From contig CBDATQ010000003.1 in NCBI GenBank assembly GCA_965199955.1, forward strand, positions 32,001 through 96,000: a stretch of 64,000 bases of DNA, in the 5' to 3' direction. A program made the translations under genes and the position numbers. This document shows, piece by piece, positions 10,112 through 20,921 of this stretch (position 1 is its first letter; each line of letters opens with the position of its first letter). This DNA is from Spirochaetia bacterium (GTDB taxonomy: Bacteria; Spirochaetota; Spirochaetia; SZUA-6; Bin103). Under the pieces are notes generated by a model, which saw only the letters and a program-made list of their open reading frames with translations, searched no databases and was not told where the DNA came from.

Positions 10112-10836
10112 TCGCGCATGCGGAAGCCGACGCCGCGCACCGTCTCCAGCCGCCACGCCTCGTCGCCCAGCTTCTTGCGCAGAGAGGCGATGATGACGTC
10201 CACGGATCGGTCGGTGACCGGGTGGTCGGCACCGTGCACGCCGGTGACGATGCGCGACCGCGACGACACCCAGCCGGCGCGCCCGGTGAGGAACAGCAGG
10301 GTCCGAAACTCGGTGGCGGTCAGCTTCAACGGCGTGCCGGCCACGGTCGCCTCGTGCCGCCGCGGGTCGAGCCGGATGGGTCCGGCGGAGACCGGAGCGG
10401 CCGGTTCCTCCCCGCCGGCGGCGGTGCCTGCCGAGTTGCCGAGCGGATCGAGGCGCCGCAGCAGCGCGCGCGCCCGTGCCACCAGCACGCGGGGGCTGAA
10501 GGGCTTGGTGATATAGTCGTCGGCACCGATCTCCAGGCCGGCGATCACGTCCTCATCCTCACCGCGGGCGGACACGATCAGGATGGGAATGGCACGCGTC
10601 TGGGCGTCGTCCTTGAGCCGTCGGCACACCGTCAGACCGTCGACGCCGGGCAGTGCCAGATCCAGGACGATCAGCTCGGTCGGCTTGCGGGCCACCGAGT
10701 GCAGCGCCTCCTCGCCGCTGATCACCCGCCGCGGCTCGAACCCCGCGCTGTCGAGGTTGAAAGCGATCAGCTTCGCGATGTCGCGGTCGTCCTCGACGAT
10801 GAGCGCGTGCGGCCGCGGGTCGCGCTTTTTTTTCAC
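10108..10836 (-). CDS. PhoB/OmpR-family response regulator
   Basis: IVEDD, LDLALPG, GADDYITKPFS, winged helix ETVRGVG; GTG at 10836 overlaps the glycosyltransferase stop. Confidence 0.92.
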   Translation of the reverse strand: MKKKRDPRPHALIVEDDRDIAKLIAFNLDSAGFEPRRVISGEEALHSVARKPTELIVLDLALPGVDGLTVCRRLKDDAQTRAIPILIVSARGEDEDVIAGLEIGADDYITKPFSPRVLVARARALLRRLDPLGNSAGTAAGGEEPAAPVSAGPIRLDPRRHEATVAGTPLKLTATEFRTLLFLTGRAGWVSSRSRIVTGVHGADHPVTDRSVDVIIASLRKKLGDEAWRLETVRGVGFRMRE

Positions 10837-12077
10837 GCCGGCTCGTACATGCGAATGAACGCGCGCGGCAGCGTCCAGCACAGAAGCCGCACCAGCCGCG
10901 CCACAGCCAGGGTCGCAAGCCGATGCGATCGACTGGGGCGCGCGGCGGCAGCCCGCTGGAGGATGGCGGCCAGCCGGTCGTATTCGGCACCGCTGAAGCG
11001 TTCGGCGACATCCTCTGCCCCGCGCTCCGCCACGCGCGCGGCCTCCTCCGGGTTGGCCAGCGCGTGGTGGATCGTGCGCACGTATGCCGCCCGGTTCGCG
11101 GCCAGATAGCCGCCGACCGTGCCGTCGGTGATCTGCGCCGACACGCCGGCATCGTCGGCCAACGCCACGATCGGCAGCCGGCAGAGCTTTGCCTCGGTGA
11201 TCACCAGCCCGAAGGTGTCGCCGAGGCTCGCGTACAGCATCAGGTCCGCGTCCACCATCTCGCGCAGCATGCGCTCACGGCTGACCGCGCCGGCCAGCCG
11301 CACCCGTTCGGGCGCCCGCACCGATCGGCGCACCCAGTCGGTAAGCGGTCCCGGTCCGACCAGATGCCACTCGGCCCGCGGGTAGCGGTCGGCCAACTCC
11401 TCGTTCCAGATCGAGACCAGGAGCTCGACGTTCTTCTCCGCGGACAGCCGCCCCGGCGTGATCAGGCGGGGGGCGGCATCGGTACCCGCGTCAGCGGCAG
11501 ATCCCGGACGCGGTCGGGTGCGCGGCGGAGGCGTGGCGCGTTCCGGGAACCGGTTCTCGACCACACGCCAGGCTGCCACGCGCAGGACCTCCACCAGATA
11601 CCGCCGCATCTTCTCGCAGAGGATGCTGAGGAGCACGCGGTGCATGCGCCGCTGCGTGAGGCCGAGCAGCCCCGTGAGCATCCAGCGGATGAAAGCCTGC
11701 GCGGCCGGACCCGAGCCCGGCGGATAGGTGTAGGCCATGTAGTCGGGCGCGTAGGTGGTGAAGCGATTGATCGCCGGCACGCCGAAGCGGGCCGACAGGT
11801 ACAGCAGAAAGAACAGCCCCTGCGGAGCCACGCAGTGCCCGTAGGCCACGTCGAACCGATATCCGCGCAGCCGCCGCGCCAGGCGGCGCGGATCGGCGTC
11901 GAACACGTGGTAGAAGCCGCGATAGGCGGCCAGGTGGTAGGTGCGCGTGTGCTCGGTATTGGTGGAGACCACCACCACCGTGTCGCCCCGCTCCCGGAAG
12001 TACGCCAGCTCGGCCATGATGCTGCGGCTGACGCCGTCCACCAGGCCGTACGAGTCGCTGACGAGCAGGATGCGCAC
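10833..12077 (-). CDS. GT4 (GT-B) glycosyltransferase
   Basis: MRILLVSDSY..VDGV, GRLSAEKN, DTFGLVITEA. Confidence 0.85.
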   Translation of the reverse strand: MRILLVSDSYGLVDGVSRSIMAELAYFRERGDTVVVVSTNTEHTRTYHLAAYRGFYHVFDADPRRLARRLRGYRFDVAYGHCVAPQGLFFLLYLSARFGVPAINRFTTYAPDYMAYTYPPGSGPAAQAFIRWMLTGLLGLTQRRMHRVLLSILCEKMRRYLVEVLRVAAWRVVENRFPERATPPPRTRPRPGSAADAGTDAAPRLITPGRLSAEKNVELLVSIWNEELADRYPRAEWHLVGPGPLTDWVRRSVRAPERVRLAGAVSRERMLREMVDADLMLYASLGDTFGLVITEAKLCRLPIVALADDAGVSAQITDGTVGGYLAANRAAYVRTIHHALANPEEAARVAERGAEDVAERFSGAEYDRLAAILQRAAAARPSRSHRLATLAVARLVRLLCWTLPRAFIRMYEPA

Positions 12078-12078
12078 G

Positions 12079-13944
<1,866 letters not shown>

Positions 13945-13967
13945 CGGTCGAAAGGTATTACCGCGGT

Positions 13968-15002
13968 TCAGGCGCCGGCCAGCACGCCGGCGGCCGCTGC
14001 CGCGAACTTCAGCCCCATCGCGGCGCGCACCTGCTCCATCGTCTCCCGCGCCTCGCGCCGCATGCGCGCGTTGCCGGCGTCGATGATCGCCTCGATGCGC
14101 TCCGGGTCGGCCGCGAACGCCGCGCGGCGCTCCCGAATCGGATCCAGGAACGCGTTCAGCGCGCGGGCCAGCTTTCGCTTGACCTCCACGTCGCCGACCG
14201 CGCCGCGGCGGTAGCGGTCCTTGAGGTCGTCGACCTCCGCCGTGTCGGGGTTGAAGGCGTCGTGGTACTGGAAGACGGGATTGCCCTCCACCGTCCCCGG
14301 GATATCCGCGCGCACCCGCTTGGGGTCAGTGTACATGCCCATCACCCGGCGCTGCACGGTCTTCTCGTCATCGGACAGGTAGATGGTGTTGTCCAGGCTC
14401 TTGCTCATCTTTGCCTGACCATCCGTTCCCAGCAGGACCGGAAAGTCGCCGAGCAGCGTGCCGGGCTCCGGGAAGACCGGGCCGTACAGCTTGTTGAAGC
14501 GGCGGCAGATCTCGCGGGTGACCTCCAGGTGCGACTCGTTGTCCTTGCCGACCGGCACCAGGTGGGCGCGCGGCAGCAGGATGTCGGCGGCCTGCAGCAC
14601 CGGGTAGCCCAGCAGCCCGAACGGCAGGGCGTCCAGGTGCGCCGCCTGCGCCATCTCCTTGACCGTGGGCACGCGCTCCAGGCGCGGCACGGTCACCAGC
14701 ATGCTCAGCAGCGTGGTGAGCTCGAAGGTCTCCGGGATCGCGCTCTGCACGAAGATGGTGGAGCGCTCCGGGTCGATGCCCACCGCCAGGTAGTCCAGCA
14801 CGACCTCGCGGATGGTGCGCTCAAGCTCCGCCAGGTGGTGCTTCTCCGGCCGCGTGGTCATGGTGTGCACGTCGGCGACGATGAAGAAGCACTCGTACTC
14901 ATCCTGGAGCTGCACCCGGTTGTGCAGGCTGCCGACGTAGTGGCCGATGTGCAGGGGACCGGTCGGACGGTCGCCGGTCAGGATCCGTTTCTTCGCTCCC
15001 AT
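13968..15002 (-). CDS. trpS: Tryptophan--tRNA ligase
   Basis: LTGDRPTG..HIGH, YPVLQAADI, KMSKS; ATG at 15002. Confidence 0.96.
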   Translation of the reverse strand: MGAKKRILTGDRPTGPLHIGHYVGSLHNRVQLQDEYECFFIVADVHTMTTRPEKHHLAELERTIREVVLDYLAVGIDPERSTIFVQSAIPETFELTTLLSMLVTVPRLERVPTVKEMAQAAHLDALPFGLLGYPVLQAADILLPRAHLVPVGKDNESHLEVTREICRRFNKLYGPVFPEPGTLLGDFPVLLGTDGQAKMSKSLDNTIYLSDDEKTVQRRVMGMYTDPKRVRADIPGTVEGNPVFQYHDAFNPDTAEVDDLKDRYRRGAVGDVEVKRKLARALNAFLDPIRERRAAFAADPERIEAIIDAGNARMRREARETMEQVRAAMGLKFAAAAAGVLAGA

Positions 15003-15122
15003 CTTCCGCCCACCGTAGGGGCACGGCGCCGTCCTGGTCAACGCCGCCAGCGTGACGGCCGTCCCGGCTCTTGAGATCGTGGCGCGTATGCGCAACGCTT
15101 ACCCCATCGGCAGGTCTCGCTC

Positions 15123-16823
15123 ATGAATTTCAACACCACCAACAACACCTTTAGGCAGTTGATGGGCAATGGTCTGAGCTACCGCGTACCTCAGTTCCAA
15201 CGCGACTATTCCTGGGGGCCGGACGAGTGGTACGACCTGTGGAATGACATCGTCGAGCTGTTCACGGAGGATCCGGAACCAGCCCACTACCTCGGCTATC
15301 TGGTGTTGCAATCTACCGACAACCGGACCTTCGACATCATCGACGGACAGCAGCGCATGACGACGCTCAGCCTGTTGATGCTGGCGGCCGTAGCGCATCT
15401 CACGGACTTGGCTGCCGCCGATGACAGGGAAGATCATCCGGAACTACGGCGCTCCCAGCAGTTGCGTGCGAACTACATCGGCTACCTGGACCCCGTGAGT
15501 CTGGTGCCGCGCTCCAAGTTGACGCTCAACCGCAACAACGATCGCTTTTATCAAGACTATCTGGTGCCACTGGAGCGTCTGCCACAGAGGGGCTTGAACG
15601 CCTCCGAACACCTGCTGCGCCGCGCCTTCGCCTGGTTCAAGGAGCGAATCAGCGAGCGATCGGGATCCGATGGCAGATCTGTGGCGAGTTTCGTGGATGC
15701 GACGGTGGACAAGCTGTTCTTCACCGTCATCACCGTTACCGACGAGCTGAACGCATTCAAGGTCTTCGAGACGCTCAATGCGCGGGGCGTGCGCCTGTCG
15801 GCCACCGATTTGCTCAAGAATTACCTGTTCTCCGTGGTTTCACGGAGCGGCGCTCATGACTCGGACCTCAAGGCGCTGGAGAGTCGCTGGGAGGGGATCG
15901 TCGGGCTGCTTGGCAGCGAGGGCTTCCCGGAGTTCCTCCGCGTGTTCTGGAACAGTCGCAACCGGCTGGTTCGCAAGGCCGATCTGTTCAAGACCATTCG
16001 CAGTGAGATCAGGAACCGAGCCGACGCCTTCGCCCTGATCCGCGACATGGATCGAAACGCACGAATGTACGCGGCGTTGCGTAGCCCCGAAGACAGCTCA
16101 TGGTCGAAAGCGGAACGCGACAGTCTGTCCCAGCTCCAGATGTTCAACGTCCGCCAGCCGCTCGCGCTCCTGCTCGCGGCGTTCGAGCGAATGTCGGACG
16201 AGGACCGACCGGGATTCGGTCGCCTTCTGCGTGCGATCGCCGTCGTGTCGTTTCGGTACAACGTGATATGCGGGCGGCAGAGCAACGAGCAGGAACGGGA
16301 GTACAACCGCGTCGCCTGTGCGCTTTCGGATCGGCAGCTCATCGGAGCCGCGGACACGATCAGGGAATTGCGACGTGTCTACCCTGAAGACGACGAATTC
16401 CGAGCGGCGTTTGCGGACAAGGAACTGCGCACTACCAGCAGTCGCAACAAGAAAGTGGTTCGCTTCCTCCTCTTCCGGCTGGAACGGCAATTGTCCGAGC
16501 AGGACTTCGATTTCGAGAGCTCCAAGTACGACATCGAACATGTGTTGCCGGAGAATCCCAACGGCAACTGGGGTCAATTCGATGACCAGCAGCGTGAATC
16601 ATTCACCTATAGGCTCGGCAATCTCACGCTTCTCTCGGCGAGCCGCAACCGCGACCTGGGAAACGCAGCGTTCGCGGAGAAACGATCCGCATACAGCGAA
16701 AGCGAGTTTGTCATCAGCCGCAAGCTCGCTGACGAATACGATACCTGGACCGTAGAGAAGATCCGTTCTCGTCAGACCTGGATGGCACGGCAGGCCACGG
16801 GCGTCTGGCGAGTTGACTTCTGA
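15123..16823 (+). CDS. DUF262-DUF1524 fused protein (GmrSD-type type IV modification-dependent restriction endonuclease)
   Basis: VPQFQRDYSW, IIDGQQR, FETLNARG..LS..DLLKN; C-terminal IEHVLPE...LGNLTLL..RN HNH-type motif; visibly lower GC than flanks. Confidence 0.9.
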   Translation: MNFNTTNNTFRQLMGNGLSYRVPQFQRDYSWGPDEWYDLWNDIVELFTEDPEPAHYLGYLVLQSTDNRTFDIIDGQQRMTTLSLLMLAAVAHLTDLAAADDREDHPELRRSQQLRANYIGYLDPVSLVPRSKLTLNRNNDRFYQDYLVPLERLPQRGLNASEHLLRRAFAWFKERISERSGSDGRSVASFVDATVDKLFFTVITVTDELNAFKVFETLNARGVRLSATDLLKNYLFSVVSRSGAHDSDLKALESRWEGIVGLLGSEGFPEFLRVFWNSRNRLVRKADLFKTIRSEIRNRADAFALIRDMDRNARMYAALRSPEDSSWSKAERDSLSQLQMFNVRQPLALLLAAFERMSDEDRPGFGRLLRAIAVVSFRYNVICGRQSNEQEREYNRVACALSDRQLIGAADTIRELRRVYPEDDEFRAAFADKELRTTSSRNKKVVRFLLFRLERQLSEQDFDFESSKYDIEHVLPENPNGNWGQFDDQQRESFTYRLGNLTLLSASRNRDLGNAAFAEKRSAYSESEFVISRKLADEYDTWTVEKIRSRQTWMARQATGVWRVDF

Positions 16824-16839
16824 GGCGGCTCTCCGCCTC
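16822..16839. terminator. GC hairpin right after the GmrSD-like stop
   Basis: GAGGCGG-CTCT-CCGCCTC perfect 7-bp stem between convergent genes; no U tract. Confidence 0.4.
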
Positions 16840-16870
16840 GAATGATCACGCCCGCATGGAGCACCGACTC

Positions 16871-17770
16871 TCAGGTTTGCTGAAACCAGTCGTCGTCCAG
16901 GATCTCGAACCGGCGGTGCAACTCGGCCGTGAGCTCCTCGGGCAGGCCCAGCCCCCGGTCCATCAGGGCGATGTTGGCGCGCATGTGGGCGGGATTGCGC
17001 GTGCCCACGATGGCGGTGTCGATCTCCGGCCGGCCCAGGGTGAAGGCCAGCGACAGCTCGATCCGGTCGGCGGGGCCGTCCGGCAGGTCGCCCTGCTCCA
17101 GTACCTTGCGCGCCCGTCCGAAGTAGGTGTCGGCATAGGCGAGGGGGCTCTCCGCCGCGCCGAAGCTGCCGTTGGCGATCGGGCGCTTGGCGATCACGCC
17201 CATGCCGGCGGTCCGCGCGGCCTGCAGGAGACCGCTGGTGCGGGCGCGCTGCTCGACCACGTTGTAACTGGTCTGCAGCGTCTGGAAGCGGCCGCTGTGC
17301 ACCGCCCACATCGCCGCCTCGTTGTCGCCGGAGTAGCCGATGTAGCGGGTCTTCCCGGCGCGCCGCGCATCCTCCATCGCTTCGATCGCCTCGCCGCGTT
17401 CCAGCACCTTCTTCGAGCAGGAGTGGAGCTGCAGGAGGTCCAGGTGATCGGTCCTGAGCCGGCGCAGGCTCTGCTCGACGCTGGCCGTGATGGTCGCGGC
17501 CGTCCATTCGCCGGCGTTCGCGTCGCCCGCCTGATGGCCGCACTTCGACGCCAGCACGAACGAGTCGCGCCGGCCGGCCACCGCCTTGCCGACCTTCTCT
17601 TCGCTGTCGCCGTAGCAGGCGGCCGTATCCAGGAAGGTGATGCCGCCGTCGAGCGCCGCATGCAGCACGGCCGCCGCATCGGCATCCGAATCGAGCGTGC
17701 TGATCTCGAACAGCCCGGCCCCCAGGCGGGTCACTTCCAGGTCGGTCGGGCCGAGCCTACGCGTCTGGAT
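16871..17770 (-). CDS. Aldo/keto reductase (probable start at ATC 17770; first canonical start GTG 17734)
   Basis: IQTRRLGPTDLEVTRLGAG N-terminus, DTAACYGDSE, ASKCG, SLRRLRTDHLDLLQLH. Confidence 0.9.
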   Translation of the reverse strand: MQTRRLGPTDLEVTRLGAGLFEISTLDSDADAAAVLHAALDGGITFLDTAACYGDSEEKVGKAVAGRRDSFVLASKCGHQAGDANAGEWTAATITASVEQSLRRLRTDHLDLLQLHSCSKKVLERGEAIEAMEDARRAGKTRYIGYSGDNEAAMWAVHSGRFQTLQTSYNVVEQRARTSGLLQAARTAGMGVIAKRPIANGSFGAAESPLAYADTYFGRARKVLEQGDLPDGPADRIELSLAFTLGRPEIDTAIVGTRNPAHMRANIALMDRGLGLPEELTAELHRRFEILDDDWFQQT

Positions 17771-18776
17771 GCCACACCTCCCCGAACAGCCGCAGCCAGT
17801 TGCCGCCCAGCACCTTGGCCACGTCGTCGGGCGCGTAGCCGCGGTCGGTCAGCGCCGTCGCCAGGTTGGGCATCTCGCGCGGTGTCTCCAGCCCCTTCGG
17901 GTACATCTGCATCGCCGTGTAGTCGACGTCGGGCTTCGTGAACGTCGACGGGAACTTCGTCCCCTGTTGCGAGGAGATGAAGCGCCAGAACTCGCGCGGC
18001 TGGTCCTGCGTGTAGTCGGACCCGAAGCCCACGTGGTCGATGCCGGCCCGCTCCACCAGGTCGTCGATCGCCTCCACCATGTCGTCGAGGGTCGACGCCT
18101 CGCCCCTGCGCAGGAAGCTGGTGATCGCCGTGGCGCCGATCACGCCGCCGCGCGCCGCGCAGGCGCGCACCGCCTCGTCGGTCTTGTTGCGTGGTACGTC
18201 GTAGTAGCCCTTGCAGTTGGCGTGCGTGATGGCCACCGGCAACTCCGAGTGCTCGATCACATCCAGGGTGGTGCGCGGCCCCACGTGCGACAGGTCGGCC
18301 AGGATCCCCAGCCGGTTCATCTCCCGCACCGCGTCGCGTCCGAAGTTGGTCAGGCCGGCGTCGTGCGCCTCGTAGCAGCCGGCGCCCAGCAGGTTCTGCT
18401 CGTGGTAGGTGACCTGGATGACGCGCACCCCCAGGTCCGCGAACAGCTCCAGCCGGCGCAGGTCGTTCTCGATCGGCGTGGCGTTCTGGAAGCTCAGGAT
18501 GATGCCGACGCGGCCTTCCTCCTTGGCCGCGTGGATGTCGGCGACCGAACGCACCGGCCGGATCTGCGCCGAGCGGGCGCGAAAGCGCTCGTACCAGGCG
18601 GCCACCGCGTCCGCGGTCTCCACAAACCCCTCCCACGTGGCCACCGTCGCGCTGGTGGCGGTCAGGCCGCCGTCGTAGAGGTCGGCGAACACATTGTCAC
18701 TGTGCCAGTTGCTGATGTTGAGCGAGTCGATGATGGTCGACCGACGATACAGGTCCGCGATGGCGTCGGCAGGCAT
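17757..18776 (-). CDS. Membrane dipeptidase family (M19) metallohydrolase
   Basis: DAGLTNFGRDAVREMNRLGILADLSH, ITHAN, RNKTD, HVGFGSD, LGGNWLR. Confidence 0.9.
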   Translation of the reverse strand: MPADAIADLYRRSTIIDSLNISNWHSDNVFADLYDGGLTATSATVATWEGFVETADAVAAWYERFRARSAQIRPVRSVADIHAAKEEGRVGIILSFQNATPIENDLRRLELFADLGVRVIQVTYHEQNLLGAGCYEAHDAGLTNFGRDAVREMNRLGILADLSHVGPRTTLDVIEHSELPVAITHANCKGYYDVPRNKTDEAVRACAARGGVIGATAITSFLRRGEASTLDDMVEAIDDLVERAGIDHVGFGSDYTQDQPREFWRFISSQQGTKFPSTFTKPDVDYTAMQMYPKGLETPREMPNLATALTDRGYAPDDVAKVLGGNWLRLFGEVWHPDA

Positions 18777-18844
18777 GCCGTACGGTAGCACGTCCAGCCG
18801 GCGATATGACCCGTGGGGCTCGACCGTGATCGCGGGCGAGCAGC

Positions 18845-19471
18845 CTATTCCCGCGGGAAGTGGCCGTTGCCCCGCAGGATGCGGCGGCGCTCGCGGTCGT
18901 CGCCCTGCGCCAGCATGCGCTCCTTCAGCGCCTCCTCGGCGTCGAGCAGCCGCTGCTCGGCACTGGTGAGCTCCAGCAGGCTCTGCTTCTTCGCAAGCGG
19001 CAGGTCGCTGTAATAGGAGATGTAGTAGGAGACGACCTCGGTGGAGATCTGCTCAAGTTCCGCCACCGGCAGGTGCCCGGGCGTCGACTCGTAGAGGTCC
19101 TGGAAGAGGTGCAGGCAGCGGGTCTTGAGCTCCTGCCGCTCGTCGGCCGGCTCGTCGGTGAAGAAGCTCACCGTGCCCTGCAGGAAGGCCCGGTCACGCT
19201 GCAGCCGGTCGATCCGGAAGCGGCGCCGGCCGATGGTCAGGACGTCCATGCGGCCATCGTCGTAGCGTCGGATCTCCTTGGCCACGCGGGCGGAGCAGCC
19301 CACGTCGGCTACGGTGTTCTCGTTGGCGCACAGCACGCCGAATTCGCCGTTGGCGTCGATCACCTCGCCCATCATCTCCTTGAAGCGCTCCTCGAAGATG
19401 TGCAGGGGCAGGGCGGTGTCGGGGAACAGCACGACCTTGAGCGGGAACAGCGGAAGGAGCGTCTCAGCCAT
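18845..19471 (-). CDS. Lon protease N-terminal (substrate-binding) domain protein
   Basis: LPLFPLKVVLFP..LPLHIFEERF, VGCSA, DGR, GRRRFRI. Confidence 0.88.
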   Translation of the reverse strand: MAETLLPLFPLKVVLFPDTALPLHIFEERFKEMMGEVIDANGEFGVLCANENTVADVGCSARVAKEIRRYDDGRMDVLTIGRRRFRIDRLQRDRAFLQGTVSFFTDEPADERQELKTRCLHLFQDLYESTPGHLPVAELEQISTEVVSYYISYYSDLPLAKKQSLLELTSAEQRLLDAEEALKERMLAQGDDRERRRILRGNGHFPRE

Positions 19472-20450
19472 CGCAGCGTCGCGCCATCTCCGTCGCGAAG
19501 TAGGTCAGGACGATGTCGGCTCCCGCCCGCTTGATGGCCGTGATCGACTCCACCATCGCCTGCTCGCCGTCGATGCAGCCAGCGGCGGCGGCGGCCTTGA
19601 TCATCGCGTACTCACCCGACACCTGATAGGCCGCCACCGGCACGTCCACGGCGCCGCGGACCGCGGCGACCACGTCCAGGTACGGCAGCGCCGGCTTGAC
19701 CATGACGATGTCCGCTCCCTCGGCGACGTCCAGGCGCACCTCCCGCAGGGCGTCGCGTCCGTTGGCCGGGTCGACCTGGTACGTCTTCTTGTCACCCATG
19801 CGAGGTGCAGAGTCCAGCGCTTCCCGGAATGGCCCGTAGAAGCAGGAGGCGTACTTGGCCGAGTAGGCCAGGATTCCGACCTCCGTCTGGCCCGCCCGGT
19901 CCAGCGCGGCGCGGATGTAGCGGATCCGCCCGTCCATCATGTCGGACGGCGCTACCAGGTCGGCGCCCGCTTCCGCGTGGCACAGAGCCATGTCCGCCAG
20001 GATCGGCAGGCTCTGGTCGTTGTCGATGCGGCCGTCGATCACCAGCCCGTCGTGGCCGTCGCTGGAGTACGGGTCCATCGCCACGTCGGTTATCACCAGC
20101 AACGCCGGATGCGCGTCCTTGAGGGCGCGGACAGCGCGCGGCACCAGCCCGTCCGGATTCATTCCTTCGCCTGCCCGCGTGTCCTTCAGTTCGTCCGGCA
20201 CCGCGGGGAACAGCGACACCGCCGGGACGCCGGCGTCGAACGCCTCCCCGGCGTCCGCGACCAGGGTGTCTATCGAAATGCGGTGGCGGCCCGGCATCGC
20301 GGCGATCGGATCGCGGACCCCGGAGCCTTCGACCACGAACAGCGGCAGCACGAGGTCGGCCGGGCGCACCGCGGTCTGGCGCACCAGACGGCGGATGCCC
20401 TCGTTCCGCCGGTTGCGCCGCGGCCGGCTCGTGAGCGTCACGGACCCCAC
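19464..20450 (-). CDS. hemB: Porphobilinogen synthase
   Basis: RPRRNR, DPYSSDGHDG, APSDMMDGR, FYGPFR, MVKP, AYQVSGEY. Confidence 0.97.
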   Translation of the reverse strand: MGSVTLTSRPRRNRRNEGIRRLVRQTAVRPADLVLPLFVVEGSGVRDPIAAMPGRHRISIDTLVADAGEAFDAGVPAVSLFPAVPDELKDTRAGEGMNPDGLVPRAVRALKDAHPALLVITDVAMDPYSSDGHDGLVIDGRIDNDQSLPILADMALCHAEAGADLVAPSDMMDGRIRYIRAALDRAGQTEVGILAYSAKYASCFYGPFREALDSAPRMGDKKTYQVDPANGRDALREVRLDVAEGADIVMVKPALPYLDVVAAVRGAVDVPVAAYQVSGEYAMIKAAAAAGCIDGEQAMVESITAIKRAGADIVLTYFATEMARRCDG

Positions 20451-20497
20451 CAGCTCAACCTACCGTCGGTACGCGGCACAGACAAGCTCGCCCCGTA

Positions 20498-20729
20498 TCA
20501 GGCGCCACCCGCCCGGCGCCTCGCGGCACGCACCGCTGCCGGTTCGGAGTCGCCGACGGTCTCCCGCGAGAAGATGCGCAGCGAGCGGTCGGCCAGCGGC
20601 AGCTCCATGCGGACGTCGAGCAGCACGCCGGCGCGCGGCCGGGCCGACGTGCAGATGCTCACCAGGTCGGGGCGCTCGCGCTCCAGCATCTCGCGGTCCG
20701 ATCACCACGGCGCGGTACTCTTCGTTCAT
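20498..20729 (-). pseudogene. Internally deleted Gfo/Idh/MocA oxidoreductase remnant
   Basis: MNEEYRAVVIG, then a frame change to REMLERERPDLVSICTSARPRA, then C-terminal-like LPLADRSLRI; about 230 bp in total. Confidence 0.7.
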
Positions 20730-20858
20730 GGTGTCACCCCCAGTCACGATCCGGGATCACTCTACTGCGCCCAACGATGATCGTCGCCTCCGTCCGTTAC
20801 GCCCGGACCGGACCTGGTCGGCTGCTCCCTGCCGCGCGGTCAGATCGTGTGTGATGTG

Positions 20859-20898
20859 TGCGAATCGATTTGACGAGTTGCGGCCGGCAAAGCAGCAT
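20859..20898 (+). promoter_or_regulatory. Candidate LacI-type operator overlapping a -35 box
   Basis: Palindrome AATCGATT (20863-20870) abutting TTGACG (20870-20875), 17 bp, weak CAGCAT. Confidence 0.4.
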
Positions 20899-20921
20899 GC
20901 CGGTCGTTCCGGGGGCAGATT

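Noticed and set aside
10826..10833. A8 tract at the response regulator start as a phase-variation switch
   Set aside because: In frame (VKKK) and short; A-rich 5' codons are common; no evidence of length variation
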